Assembly (NCBI GenBank): GCA_029953675.1
Contig: JAMWBK010000001.1
Location: 310,001 to 374,000 of the forward strand
Reading direction: 5' to 3'
DNA length: 64,000 nt
Source of the DNA: Rhodosorus marinus CCMP1338
Taxonomy: Eukaryota > Plantae > Rhodophyta
Shown: in pieces, positions 9,739-21,570 of the stretch
Layout of the letters: the number at the start of each line of letters is the position of its first letter
How positions within the stretch are numbered: position 1 is the stretch's first letter
The notes under the pieces: model-generated
Database searches by the model: none
Seen by the model: the letters and a program-made list of their open reading frames with translations, nothing else
What the model was told of the DNA's origin: nothing
Program-made: the position numbers and the translations under genes

Positions 9739-12700
9739 TTTAGTACACGTTCGACAATGAAAACCGTCTCTAACCCATCTGTATGTTGAAGCTGGGGATC
9801 TTCCCGTACCTCACACGCTCATCAGACCCCCTTGACCCTTTCTTTTTGTCCTTTACTATTCACGTGCTACTAGAATCCCATACAATCTTCCACACAAAAT
9901 TTCTTTCCAAACAGTCCGAGCAAACCCGAACCCCCCCCCTCTCCCAGCCATACAAAAACAGCTTCCTCTTCCCAGACGCAATCGGTATAATTTGTTCTTG
10001 TCGGCTAGGTCTTTAGCAACCCCCCAGTTCCCAATTTTGTGTTCCCTTGAAAACAAGTTCTATTAAGCGCATTTCTCATCCAAGGGCTTGCCAGAGAGAA
10101 GGCCATATATTTTTCAGCACTGGATCTGGATAAAAATACCCACCCCCCCCTACCCCCTTTTTTCGCCGAGGTTGTCAAACGTCAAGGCTGCGGAAGTTCC
10201 TATCAAGAAAACTAGCTCAACCAATCAGGTACTATCTTGTTTTGGATTGAAAATCTGAAGAAATTGGGGAAGATATATATTTTTTTAAACAATTTCAAAT
10301 AGATTGGGGAGAATGCGACGCCCAGGGGTTGCAAAGAAAGTTTGTCTTTTTCTGTAGTGGTGTGGTTGCAAAATTCGCTTCTAGCAAAAGAACGAAATAT
10401 CAATATCAGCTCCCCCATCGTCCAAGGCGATTCAGTTCCTAGTTGACAATCCTAAAAACTGCTCGGGGTGTTAACGCTGACAGAGGATTCGTCGGCGGTG
10501 AAGGGAGAGACACTGTAGTTTCTGTTTCTCGTGGGTGGCACTGAGCCTGCCGCGTTGCGGCTTCTACCTTAGAGCTGTAGTCAAGTTCTTGACTGGAAGA
10601 AACTCAGAAGTTGTGTCTCTCGCTCTCTCTGTTGAGATTTTCCATATTGTAGTCATCATCGTCATATTTTGTTCAGAGACAGAAACCCTGCTCGGAAGAA
10701 GGCTATGCTAGACCGAGAGAACGGGGCCTCTAAAACTAAGGCGGCATAGAGAACGCCACAGCACGGAACTCAGCGAAGAGAGGTAACGCGTGTGAGTCTC
10801 ATCGTGCCGCGAAAAGAGTCCCGAGGTCATGCCGCGCTGAACTCTCAACCCACCCGAATACCTCGATGAGAAGCGGAACAGGCGGTTGTGACACAGCCGA
10901 TACAGCCGATTGCAAGATGGTCACATTCGTAAGGGCTTGGTACACAACCTCCTTGTGACGGCCGTGATTCGAGCATCTGCACCACACTTTCGAGTCGGAA
11001 GGTAAAAACTAACCCGAGGCGAGAAGGCTGGGAAGAGCACATCGGCAAATTTCGCCTTTGAACACAGAATGCTAATGAACGTTTTTAGGAAAGCTGCTGA
11101 AGGCAAGTTAACCATTTTCTGCACCCCCAGAACGAACGGGTAAACACCACTCAATTGTTTTTATTGTACATTCTTTAGCCACGAACAGTTCTCAAGAAAA
11201 CGACAGTTCACATCTGTCCGTTGTTCAATTACGCAAGTTGAGCTTGTTGGCTATGAGGACGAAGCCTAAAAAGCCTAGTTTTTGAAAGAATAGGGATATT
11301 ATAACTTTTTGGGGTAGTTTCATATTTTATCTTGTTGTTTTGAAATTATACTTCGATAAGCTGGGTTCGGAATACAAAATCTAGGAAAGCACAATTGGGG
11401 GCGCTTACGGAAAGAATCTTGGCAAGTGATTTTTCAACCTGGATTTTTGCCGAGTGTTGGTGCACTGGAAGCTTGAATATCTGTTGAAACTGGGGATCGA
11501 CCGTCGATTAAAAAAAATATAAAATCTACATGTATGAGTAGTCTATCTCACTAACTGGCAAGAACCTCAAGTGCCCGACAGCGGATTTTGGACTAATGAC
11601 AAGGTAAGCGTAAAAAAAGATCCATTGTTCATGCAATCAGCTTGATTTTTCATTTCGTTAGGGGTACGAACGGTTGACGGAAACTACAGAACCCCGACCC
11701 CCTTCTGTGAGCCTCCTTTTTCTACGATCGCAACTATTAATTAGAATCAATTGATTTTGCACAATAGCGAGCGCTTGCTAACCGTCTTTCCTTTTTTTTT
11801 AGTGGTTGTGTGTGCCCAAAAGAAGTTCATTCACGAAAATCGCGCTGGGTGAGGAACGAGCGTAAACAAATGACGTTTTTATAAACATTCAAGAAAAAGT
11901 GAAGCGTACGCATTTTACGAAAAAGAAAGAAGAACCTCATCCCCAAGAAAATCCTACTTCAACCATGAAAGGAAAAAAAGCCTGAGGAAATTTCCCCCAC
12001 TTGCACAACCCTGCTTTCCGTTTCCTTCGTCATGTTTTGTTCCGATCGCAGAAAACAGAAACAACACGCACAGCTGAGTTTCAAATGCCTTGACCAGTTT
12101 ATGAAACTTCCCACCCCCCCCCCTTTTTTTCCATCAAGACAACTTTCTTGCGCGGCATTCGAACTCTTTTTTCAAGAGTATTTTTTTCTCACTTTCTGAT
12201 TTCCCTTGAAAAGAAGAAACCTTTTGATGGTTATGTCCACTTTCAAAAACGTCTCAAAAACTGCAATTTTTGCATAAGTAAGCGAAAAGCGAGGGTATCG
12301 TCTTGTTCTATACACCCGGGGGTTTAAATGGCTTCCAAGTTTCTGTAACCGACAACGCTTCTCAGCTGAAATTAAGTTTCCAACAGTTTTCAAGTTTCAA
12401 AAACAAAAGGGGAAAGAAAGGATAAATTTCACCGCTGAGGGTGGAAAATTGCGGTCGATTAATTGCTCCCCGCCCGAAACCCCACCATTTTCGGCACTAA
12501 ATTCGAAGATTCATGTGCCCGTATTGAGCGTTGTCAGCCTCATCCAAAAGGCCCCACACACCCCCACCTCTCGGGGTACTGCGCCAAACACTTTCTCCTT
12601 TGTTAAAAGTTTTTGTCAACCTCATTCGAATGACCTTTAGTCTCTCTTTCCCTTAACGAGTTTACAAAACCTTCTTCGTCTGATAAGAATTACATGTAAC

Positions 12701-13786
12701 CCACCTCAGCCCCCCTTCCCCCCCCCTCCAAACGCCCAGCCCCCTTTGCAGGGTTGTTGGTAAAGGGCTGCTAGTCGTCGCTCTTACGCACCTGTTTTTA
12801 TGTCAGTCAGTGTGGGTTTTTGAAAGTCAATTGTACTTTGTACTTTGAAACGAGCAAAACCCATGCAAAAGGGAGCGCAGAGGACAGAATTATCTTCCTG
12901 ACACGTTCAGCTGGGTTACGTTTGGGGGAAGCAAGGAGGGCGGGGTGGGGGTTGGGGGGTGTGGTTGGTGTGTTTGTGTTGGACTGAAGGTTGTAATGAT
13001 TTGGAAAAATAGTAAATCGTGAAAGTTCAGTTCGGGGCGGGGTTAAGTTCTTTTTTATTCAAAAACGTTTTAGAGGATGATGGACTGTTGTGGTCCCTCA
13101 CTCACAAACCACCAGGCTTTTGGGGGAGGAGGGGAGAGGAAGGATACGAGATACAGTAAGAATTTTTCGTTCTCTGAGAGTGCTGCTACTTGTCAATTGC
13201 CGTTGCGCCCACTGGGAGCAACTGTGTATGTACTAAACGGTGTGTCGACCGGATGAGCCAGTCGTCAGCTTAGCTTTGCGCTCTGGAAATGAAAATACAC
13301 ATGGCCGTACCTTTGTGAAAAATATCCGATTTTGTTAGATTGGATGCCTTTCGCGGTTTTCTGGGCGAGGGAAGACAACCTCTCCCTCGGTTTTTTTTTC
13401 TTTTCGGTGTCCAGGAGATCGCCTGCAGAAGCACGACGGCTGTACGACATGTCGACAAGGCTTAGGTGAAGGAGTTGTGTGTGCGTTGGATATGGTCATT
13501 GATTACGGATGGAGTTGTGGATGAGACAGGTGGGGTGAGGGTGGTGTACTGGGATTGGATGGACTGGGTCTTCGCCCGTCCGCTTAGGAAAGATGTGAGG
13601 TTTGAAGCGCTTGCACCGAAGAGCAACGGAAAAAGCATGAATTGAGGAAACGTGGTTCAGTGGGTTGGGATAGCAGGCGGCGTATTCGTAGGGTAGGTGC
13701 GGTGATCGTAAGCGCGAATAGAGACGCAGAGGAGATAGTCCTCAGGGATAGGTTTTTAGGACGTTGGGTCCCTACAGAGAGTCCCG

Positions 13787-15018
13787 ATGAATATTAGCGA
13801 CCTTGTGGACAAGGAGAACGATTCATTGGATGGGACCCTCGGCTCTGTACAGATTCGCAAGGATCCCAAGGTGACCCAAAAGGTCACGGAGAGTCGAGCT
13901 AGCAAATCCAGCGAAAGAGTGAGTGCATGCAAGCAAGGCGAGCTCGATCATGCAAATCGACTTCAGTAGGAAACGCGTTGAGATACTGTCTCCTCCCCAG
14001 CTAGTTGCCCGTTGAAAGACAAAGTCTGTCGCTATCAATGCTAAAACCTTCTACCTTCATCTGCTCAGAGGGGGTTGTCGGATCCGAACCAACCGAAGAA
14101 AAACCACACGACTCGACCATGGACGCTGGAGGAAGATAGAAAGCTCGAAATGCTGTATAACAGCATGTCGGAGAATATGAGCAGTAGCAAAAGGTGGAGC
14201 CGAATCGCCTCACAGATGGAAGGGCGAAAAGGAAAACAGTGCAGGGAAAGGTGGGAAATCTTTGTAGTGCCAAACTGACACAATGAATGACTATTGACTA
14301 ACAGTGCGTTCTGCCCTACACTGTTTTGTCGCGTAGATGGTTGAATCAATTGAAGCCGGGTATTCGTCGAGAGTCGTGGACGGTGGAAGAGGAGGAAACC
14401 CTTCACGAGAGGCACAAGGAGCTTGGTACGTGCACATGGCGTCGAATTCGCGTTCTTGTCAGTGCCTCTAAACAGTGGATTGTTCCCCTCCTCTGCGTTC
14501 TAGGCAACAAGTGGGTTGAAATAGCAAAGTACTTACCCGGAAGAACTGATAATGCTGTTAAGAACCATTGGAACTCGATGATCCGGAAACGGACTCGACG
14601 AGAAAACAACGTACACCCGAGAAAGAGGGCCTCAACTGCGTCGAGATCAATAGCTCGGTCTTCGGACACGGGCTCCTCACCACACGTCGGGTCTGGAAGG
14701 GTGCACGATGCTAGGTATGACAGCGGAACTATAGTGTGGGCGGACTTGACAGCTCAGGGCGACAGTGCGAATGTGAATGCTGCGAAGGAGTCCTCTAAAT
14801 TATCAGTGAGGTCGAAGTCCGCACTAGGGCCCAGTCGCGAGCCAGGAAAGCCACGCGTAGGAAGGCAAAGAGAACCAAGAACAGTGAGCGGATCAGGTGG
14901 CAACCCCCTTGTCACACTCGCCTCTGCTGCTTTGGTGAGTGATGACTCTGCAAACGACGTATCGGATGAAAACGTGAGGAACCGCAAAGCGCGATTCAGC
15001 AATCAATTCAGTTATTGA
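13787..15018 (+). CDS. R2R3-type Myb transcription factor (about 4 exons)
   Basis: [11 protein letters not shown]...[41 protein letters not shown]...[26 protein letters not shown] assembled across GT-AG introns. Confidence 0.92.
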
Positions 15019-15559
15019 GAATAGGTCCATCCTGTGTCTTTGTTGTTTGTACAGGATTCCTCTGGAAGCGAGTAGTGTCGAAGATTGCTCGCCGTCTCCG
15101 ACTGTTTTTGTACATCTGTGTGAATATTATGTGAGGGGGCGCGGTGGAACTGGACCTCTTGAAGCTTGCCTTAGTTCTCATGCGCCCGAATTTTGTTACA
15201 CATCAACAAGTGTAGTGTATAGGATTGCGTTACCAAATTAACGAATAAAGTAGCGGAAACCCGTTTGCTCCAAGGCTTTCTCCCATTTCATGCTTGTATC
15301 GAAGATCTGCGGGTCGTATGCTCGCTGTCCTTGGGGAGACTACTTCATACAACTCACGTCCAATGTTTATCGAACAGCTGCCAAGTTCAGATTTTGCTTA
15401 GATTCCATTTCATCTCGACGCTGTGGACTCCTGGGCTGCAACATCTCCGCCTCAATTCACGACGTAGCTAATGAAGTGCCTTCTGGAAGGGCATGAGCAG
15501 GCGAAAGGGAATTTTCCTCCTTGCATATCATCCTGTGCAGTTTAATCCCATTTTCAATT

Positions 15560-16109
15560 CACTCCTACTTGTGGTGTCACCTGGATCTTATACCGTTTCT
15601 GAAGCTCCCCAAGCTCGTTTTCTTTCGTTTGGACCTGCTTCTGAAGAGTTTGAATGGCTTCTTCAATCTGCAAAGTGAACGAAATCGAACAGAGTCAGCA
15701 TCGTGTCCTGAAGGTGAGAAGGAAGCAAACCGCTTCGGTCGTCAGTTGCTCACGTTTTTCTTCTTCTCCTCAAGAACGGGTACTACCGATTCAACGTTAG
15801 ACTCTACTAAGACTTCCCCTACTTGTTGCCAACACTTCCTTGATCCGTTCAATCCATTCAACTGAGTTAGTACAAGTCTATAACATTGCGAACAACAACC
15901 AGCAAGCACGTTCAAGTTAGTACAAGGTCTTGGCCCATCCTGGATAACGTTGAGTATCTTAAATCGTCGTACTCGTGCTCGGATTTGTCCGCATCGATTT
16001 CTGCGATCTTCGAGTACAGGTCTTGCAACTCCCGTTTCAGATTGCCGAAAACCTGGACCACCCTCTTCTGCTCTTCCGTCACCTCCGCCCCACCTTCGTT
16101 TTCCGCCAT
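15560..16109 (-). CDS. PFDN2: Prefoldin subunit 2
   Basis: MAENEGG...FGNLKRELQDLYSKIAEIDADKSEHE|LVLTQLNGLNGSRKCWQQVGEVLVESNVESVVPVLEEKKKN|IEEAIQTLQKQ...ELGELQKRYKIQ. Intron 15972-15878 checked. The extreme 3' end is uncertain. Confidence 0.9.
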
Positions 16110-16781
16110 TTTGCTTGCTAGGAAGTAATGATCATCCCTATAAGATACTACCTCCGAATAGGTACACCAAGCACCCGCCCCAGCACTATCTAATTGAAAC
16201 GATGCGGCGGATCGGAGACGGACATTCAGACCCGAAGCGCGATACGGTTGATCCTTCTCATTCGCCGAAAGGAGGACGTTGCGCATTCATGAGACGAGCA
16301 AGAAGCGTCTATAAATTTCTGTCTTCTACTGGGATCTTCAGTTGATCATTAAAGCTCGATCAGTAACCAGGCGATGAGTTTCTCTGCTGCACCCCACGGG
16401 CGACGCGAAGGATATGCGCCAACTGTTTCTTGCATTCTCGCTCGAAACAAGGGCGAGATTGAAATTCGAATTTACCAGTGCCAGTCGATTCTACGATTAC
16501 AGAGGCGGGGAGAAAGTCACGCCAGCCATAACAGCGACGCTGCTTGCGACAATGGACAAGCCTTCTAATCAAAGTCTGCGGAGGTTCACGACGCCCGCTT
16601 GATTTTCAGAAGAAAAAGCGCATGAAGTTTATTGATTGAAATCAATCAATAACTCAATAAACCGAAAGTCATTTTTTCTTTGGAAATTGAGGTCGAAGTA
16701 TCTCCTCCAAAGCCCAATTCTCAGGTCTTCTTGACCGTTTGTTCTTTGAGGCCGGCAAGCTATTATTGTTGAGGATTGTCA

Positions 16782-17250
16782 ATGACCGTGGAGGACGTGG
16801 GCACGCGACGCGAAAAGCCAAAGGCGAGGCTCATTGTGGGTGGTCACAGATATCCACAAAAGGCATATACGGTTTATAGATCCCCAACAGCAGAGCTTGG
16901 TAGGTGAGCTTGCTTTTTTTACATCGCAAGCACAGCACTACATGGTCTCACTGCTACGCGCTCCTGGTGGACCCAGTTACCCTAGTCTTCGTATTCGGAG
17001 AAACGAGACCCAAGGGGCTAAAAAAAAGGAAAAAAAGTGGTGGTTATCGTAACAGTGTTTACGAGTTTAGGTTCTATAGACGCAATATGATCGTGCTCTT
17101 GAAGATCGCATTGCTGCTCTTAGTGCTATCGAACGTCGACGTTTCCCAGGCATCAAAGTTGGGAGAAATATTCCGTTTCCTTGCCATGGCCCGCCAGCGT
17201 GGAGACACTCGGTTTCCATCGTTTAGATCTAATCAAATCCAGCGAACATA
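16782..17250 (+). mobile_element. Decayed Ty1/Copia reverse transcriptase relic
   Basis: KPKARLIVGGHRYPQKAYTVYRSPTAEL matches the Copia RT KARLV..GHR...SPTA block. It is followed by stop- and frameshift-broken similarity. Confidence 0.45.
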
Positions 17251-18735
17251 AGTCCTGCGAGTGGATTCACGTTGTTGATTGAGGTTAAAATGTCATGATG
17301 GTGGGATCGTTCCTGTCCAGCTAGAACGCTGGACGTATCCCCACGGACGGGGGATAAAGAATAAAAGCGAGTTTCTGCGTGGAATCCAGGTAGTTCAGTT
17401 TGGCCTAGCTTGAGAATGCGGTGGTGCTCCTCCGGAGCTGATGTTATTGTCCAAACTATCGTGTCACTGGAGGGCATGGTTTGGAGACGGGGCAGCCCTC
17501 TCGACTCTCAGCTCACAAAAACGCAGACTCTTACGCATGCTGATAAGTTCAAGCCAGAGCAACATAGAACCACACCGATCTGACCGGAATGAAGCAGGTC
17601 CTAGACCACTTTCTTGGACAAGTTTCAGAACTTGTTCGGTAGCAGCGCAAATGTGAACTGTGACTAAATTCCGTAACGCCCGCACGTACGGACACGCGGA
17701 CGGCCTGTGAGACAAGAAACCATAGAGTAGCCCCCCAAGCTAGATGTACTGGCAGCGAGGGGTTTACGAATAGCTGTTTACACACAGAGCAAGCAGCTCA
17801 TTACGCGAGATTCAACAGCCACCGAAAAAGGACGAAAAATCTACACCAATAAAGTATTCAAACCCCAATGAGCATAGAGCATATTCTCTTCGTCTAAAAA
17901 ACAATCATAATACGAATGCTGCTTTCATCCCGGTGTCTGATCTACTAGCAAACAGTTTCTTTTTTTAGAGCATGAGTCAGTCCAAAATGTCCTTAATTAA
18001 AAATCCCGGATCAAATTACGACATCAATTGCCTTTTCTTGGCATCCATAGACCCCCAAAGATCTACTCGAAGTGCAATATGATCTAAATATAGAAAATAA
18101 CTTGGATAATTGTGTCTTATTTATGAAATACGATCAAGAACTGGTCATTTCTCAACTGACTTCCGCTCACAAATTGATCCTAACCAACACACCAATCACA
18201 TCGAATTCTATTGAAATATACTCTTCCCTGGTAAGGTAGAAGAGGCCATTTAAGTAGAGAAATGGAAGATCTCTCAAACATCCGTTAAATTTCGACGAAT
18301 CATCTACGGTAATGAATATGGTCTATTTTTTACTTTTTGATAGACTAGATTGCTCTTGATTGCCGATGGTTGTTTTCTATTAATATCGCCTTTTTAGGTG
18401 GTTGTTTATTAATGATGGTAGCGTTTGGATCTGTGTTGGAAGGGGCCATCTGGACTGGGCATATAGGGCGGAGTTGGTTTCTTTTTCGGTGGAGGTGGTA
18501 GAGTCGAAGCTGGAATCTGCTTGGCGTAGTAGGACGGACGGTACGTGGAACTTGATAACGAAAGCCAGGGCGGAAGAGTTTTTGAAGATCGTCAAAAGAA
18601 GGCACGCTTTTTTTGGTTGGTTTTTCTTTGGAGTCTGCGTTTTTCTATTTGAGTATGGATGGTTAGTGGAACGGAGCTGGAATTCTTCAACCGCTTTCTG
18701 GAGATTTTCTCGTAAGGAGAGTGGTTGCTGTAGAT

Positions 18736-20744
18736 ATGGACAACAGTCGACTCTCTCAGGGTTGGGTGATGGTATTCACCGCCGGCTTACTGAATTGTCT
18801 GCAGGCTGGAACTTTCTTCATGGCCCCTACAACCCTCATGCCGCTGATTGTCAAGGACTTTGACCTCACAATTGCGCAAGCATCTATTCCTATAGCGATT
18901 GGAAAACTCTGCTATGTCTTGTTTCTTATTCCTGGAGGAATCCTTGTCGACCAGTTAAGCCCAGACAAACACCTGCGCAAATTCGGACGAGGACCGTGCT
19001 AACTGCAAAACGCGATCTGGTTCTCACTTGTACACAGCTTTGGGGTCCGGTATTGCTTGTCGATAGCATTTCTGGGCTTGGCAATCCTGACATCTGTGTA
19101 CGGGGCGTTCGTCAACACGTTTGCAGAAATCATCCTCATGCACATAGCACTCTCCGCGTTTTCTTCAACCTCCGGTGTTCCTGTCTATGCTGTGGTGGTT
19201 GCAAGCTGGTTCACAGAGAAGCTCGGTCTTGCGATGGGAATGGTCCTCTCTGGGTTCAGCTTGGCTGGGACTGCGATCCCGGCAATCCTGGCCCCCATTG
19301 CGCGAGTCTATGGATGGCGCGTCGCGATGGGAACGATGAGTTCATTGCTCTGGTTCGTAGCTTTGCCGCTGAGCTTCTTCGTGCTTAAAGAAAAGCCGGG
19401 CAAGGACGTAAGCAATAGCAAACTCAAGTGGTTTTTTTGTGTTCATTTCTGCGGACTGATCACCGTTATTCCCCTGGTACAAACGCAGCCTCATGAAGAC
19501 TTTACACCCGCTCGCGCAACTGTCATGGATGAGGTCGAACTCGAGCTGGAGGACCGAGGACTCGGTTTGAACTCTCAGGAGAAGTATTTATTTGCCCTTT
19601 TCTCGATTGCGTACTTTGCACTGCAATACCAATCTGGTATGCCAGCGCCTGTCCTACCTACCGCGAAGGACTAGTCGTTGATACAATGGCTCGAACAGAT
19701 GTATGCGTATCGTTTGACAATTCTTCGCTTGTTCTTTCCGGTCACACTCCGAAAGGATGTTTTCAGGAGAACATTTTGTACTTCCTTCATACTGATCAAG
19801 GCCTAGAGATTTCAACGGCCTCTCTGTTTCTCTCGGCGCTCAACTTTGGTGCCTTTGCCGCGAAGCTCTTCGGTGGGTATCTCGGGGATATGTAAGCTCT
19901 TCAACAGCGCTTGTGGTTGCATACTAAACCGGGTCTAACGAAGATTCTCCCCCTCGCCCCGTGACTTGCTAAGGTTCGATCGGTTCAATATGGCAGTTAT
20001 CCTGTCACTGTTCAATACTGCCGGCATCTTGATGCTGTACATTTCTTCACCAGTGCCAAGTTTATCCAACAACTTTATTTTCCTTTTCTCTTTCTCGGTT
20101 CTGTTTGGGTAAGCTCGTTCCATGATTTTCAACTTCTGCGAACGCGATGGTCCCGGCCTAGGTACTGGTTTTCTGACATGAGTGGATGCTCCTCGTCTTT
20201 CTTAGGATTGGTTACGGCTCAACGTTCAACGCACTCTACTCAATTGCCCCGGTTGCTTTCGGAAAAGCAGGGTTGGGACGAATCCAGTCATCACTTTTTG
20301 CTGTTGGGCTGACTGGCAACGCCGTAGGTTCCGTGTTCACAGGTAAGACTTGTTTGTTTGTCTGGATGGTGGTAGAGGAACGGCAATCGCAAGTATCGCA
20401 TTCAGTCGTTCTGATTCGCACTTTGATGATCAGGTATCTTGAGAACGCAGACGGGAGACTACAGATTGGCCTTCATGGTTGCACTACTCCTGAGCGTTTT
20501 TACCGCCGCCGTGTTGTTGATGATCTCATGTTCAAAGATCGCGAGGAATATTCGGGAAGAGCAATACCTTGAACAGTTGACTGGTAGGATCTTAAATATC
20601 GCTGCGTTCTTCGGTTGTTCGTACGGTTTTTTTTCGTTTTTTTCGACTGTTCTTGCATCGAAGCCGCTTGGACCGGTATCCCTTTCTAAGCGTGTAGTAG
20701 AAGCCATTGCACGGTTCCCGTCTCTCGTTCCCGCTCAGGAATAA
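18736..20744 (+). CDS. Major facilitator superfamily transporter (about 7 exons)
   Basis: GGILVDHFGVR (MFS motif A), WFTEKLGLAMGMVLSGFSLAG, GGYLGDMFDR, FGKAGLGRI. About 12 TM segments. All introns resolve in frame (first donor GTTAAG at 18954). Confidence 0.9.
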
Positions 20745-20759
20745 CCGTGAGTTGATGGT

Positions 20760-21400
20760 TTACCTCTTCGTTATGCTTTTTTTGCAACACAGGCGCGAGC
20801 ACCGAGAGCCTCTTCGGGGGGGTTAGTGAAGATTTTGTATCGGTTTCCTCCTTTGACAGTGTGTACGCCACACGACAGTCATACTGGCAGAAAATGCGCA
20901 ACAGGACCTTCAATACCTTCGTGGCACTCCGGACTGGGTACGGCCAGAATAGCGGTGGATCAGTCCATGGAATGAAGAGATCTGAAACTTTCTTGAACAT
21001 GATGAGGAGTGGGTTGATAGGGTAAGTCTTCTCATCGAGCAAATCGGTAAGGAGAACTCCATCTTGTCTCGTCTCACATGCATGCGATCGACGTTAGGAA
21101 CACTATGGAGTTCACCGGGGTGGAGGATACCCAGCCTAGATCAACCGGGCTTGGCGGGAGTAGGAGCATCGGACGCTTCAACGCCGAGTACAGAACAGAT
21201 TTGTCAAGACCGACCTCGCGTTCCAACCTCCTCGGTCGTGATCCGCGATGGTGAGGGTGAGGGGTCAAGCGAGAGTAAGGAGGAGCACCTGTCCATCCTC
21301 GGCAGATAGGTCAACAGTACTAGTGCCATGGAAATGTTCCTCAATCTATTTTGCTTTTTGCGAGAGTAGCTGTTCCCCTTTTCCCACGCATATACCAATG
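20760..21400 (-). pseudogene. Decayed coding relic, possibly retroelement gag
   Basis: Long frame with scattered stops, no splice structure, weak resemblance to the 3490-3740 relic. Confidence 0.25.
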
Positions 21401-21570
21401 CCTTATTTAAGACCTTATTCTCTGCATTGAGAAGACTGCGCCGTCGGGGAATACGACGCGACTAGTTCATCTGCAAGCATCACGCCAGCAATGCCTGGCA
21501 TGTCCAGCTCGAATATTTTATTTGAAACAAGACTTATCAGCGAAGGTATATTATCTGTTGAAGTTAATAG

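Noticed and set aside
10420-11160. Gene or TE relic in 10.4-11.2 kb
   Set aside because: Only short stop-broken frames with no recognisable motif. Not supportable.
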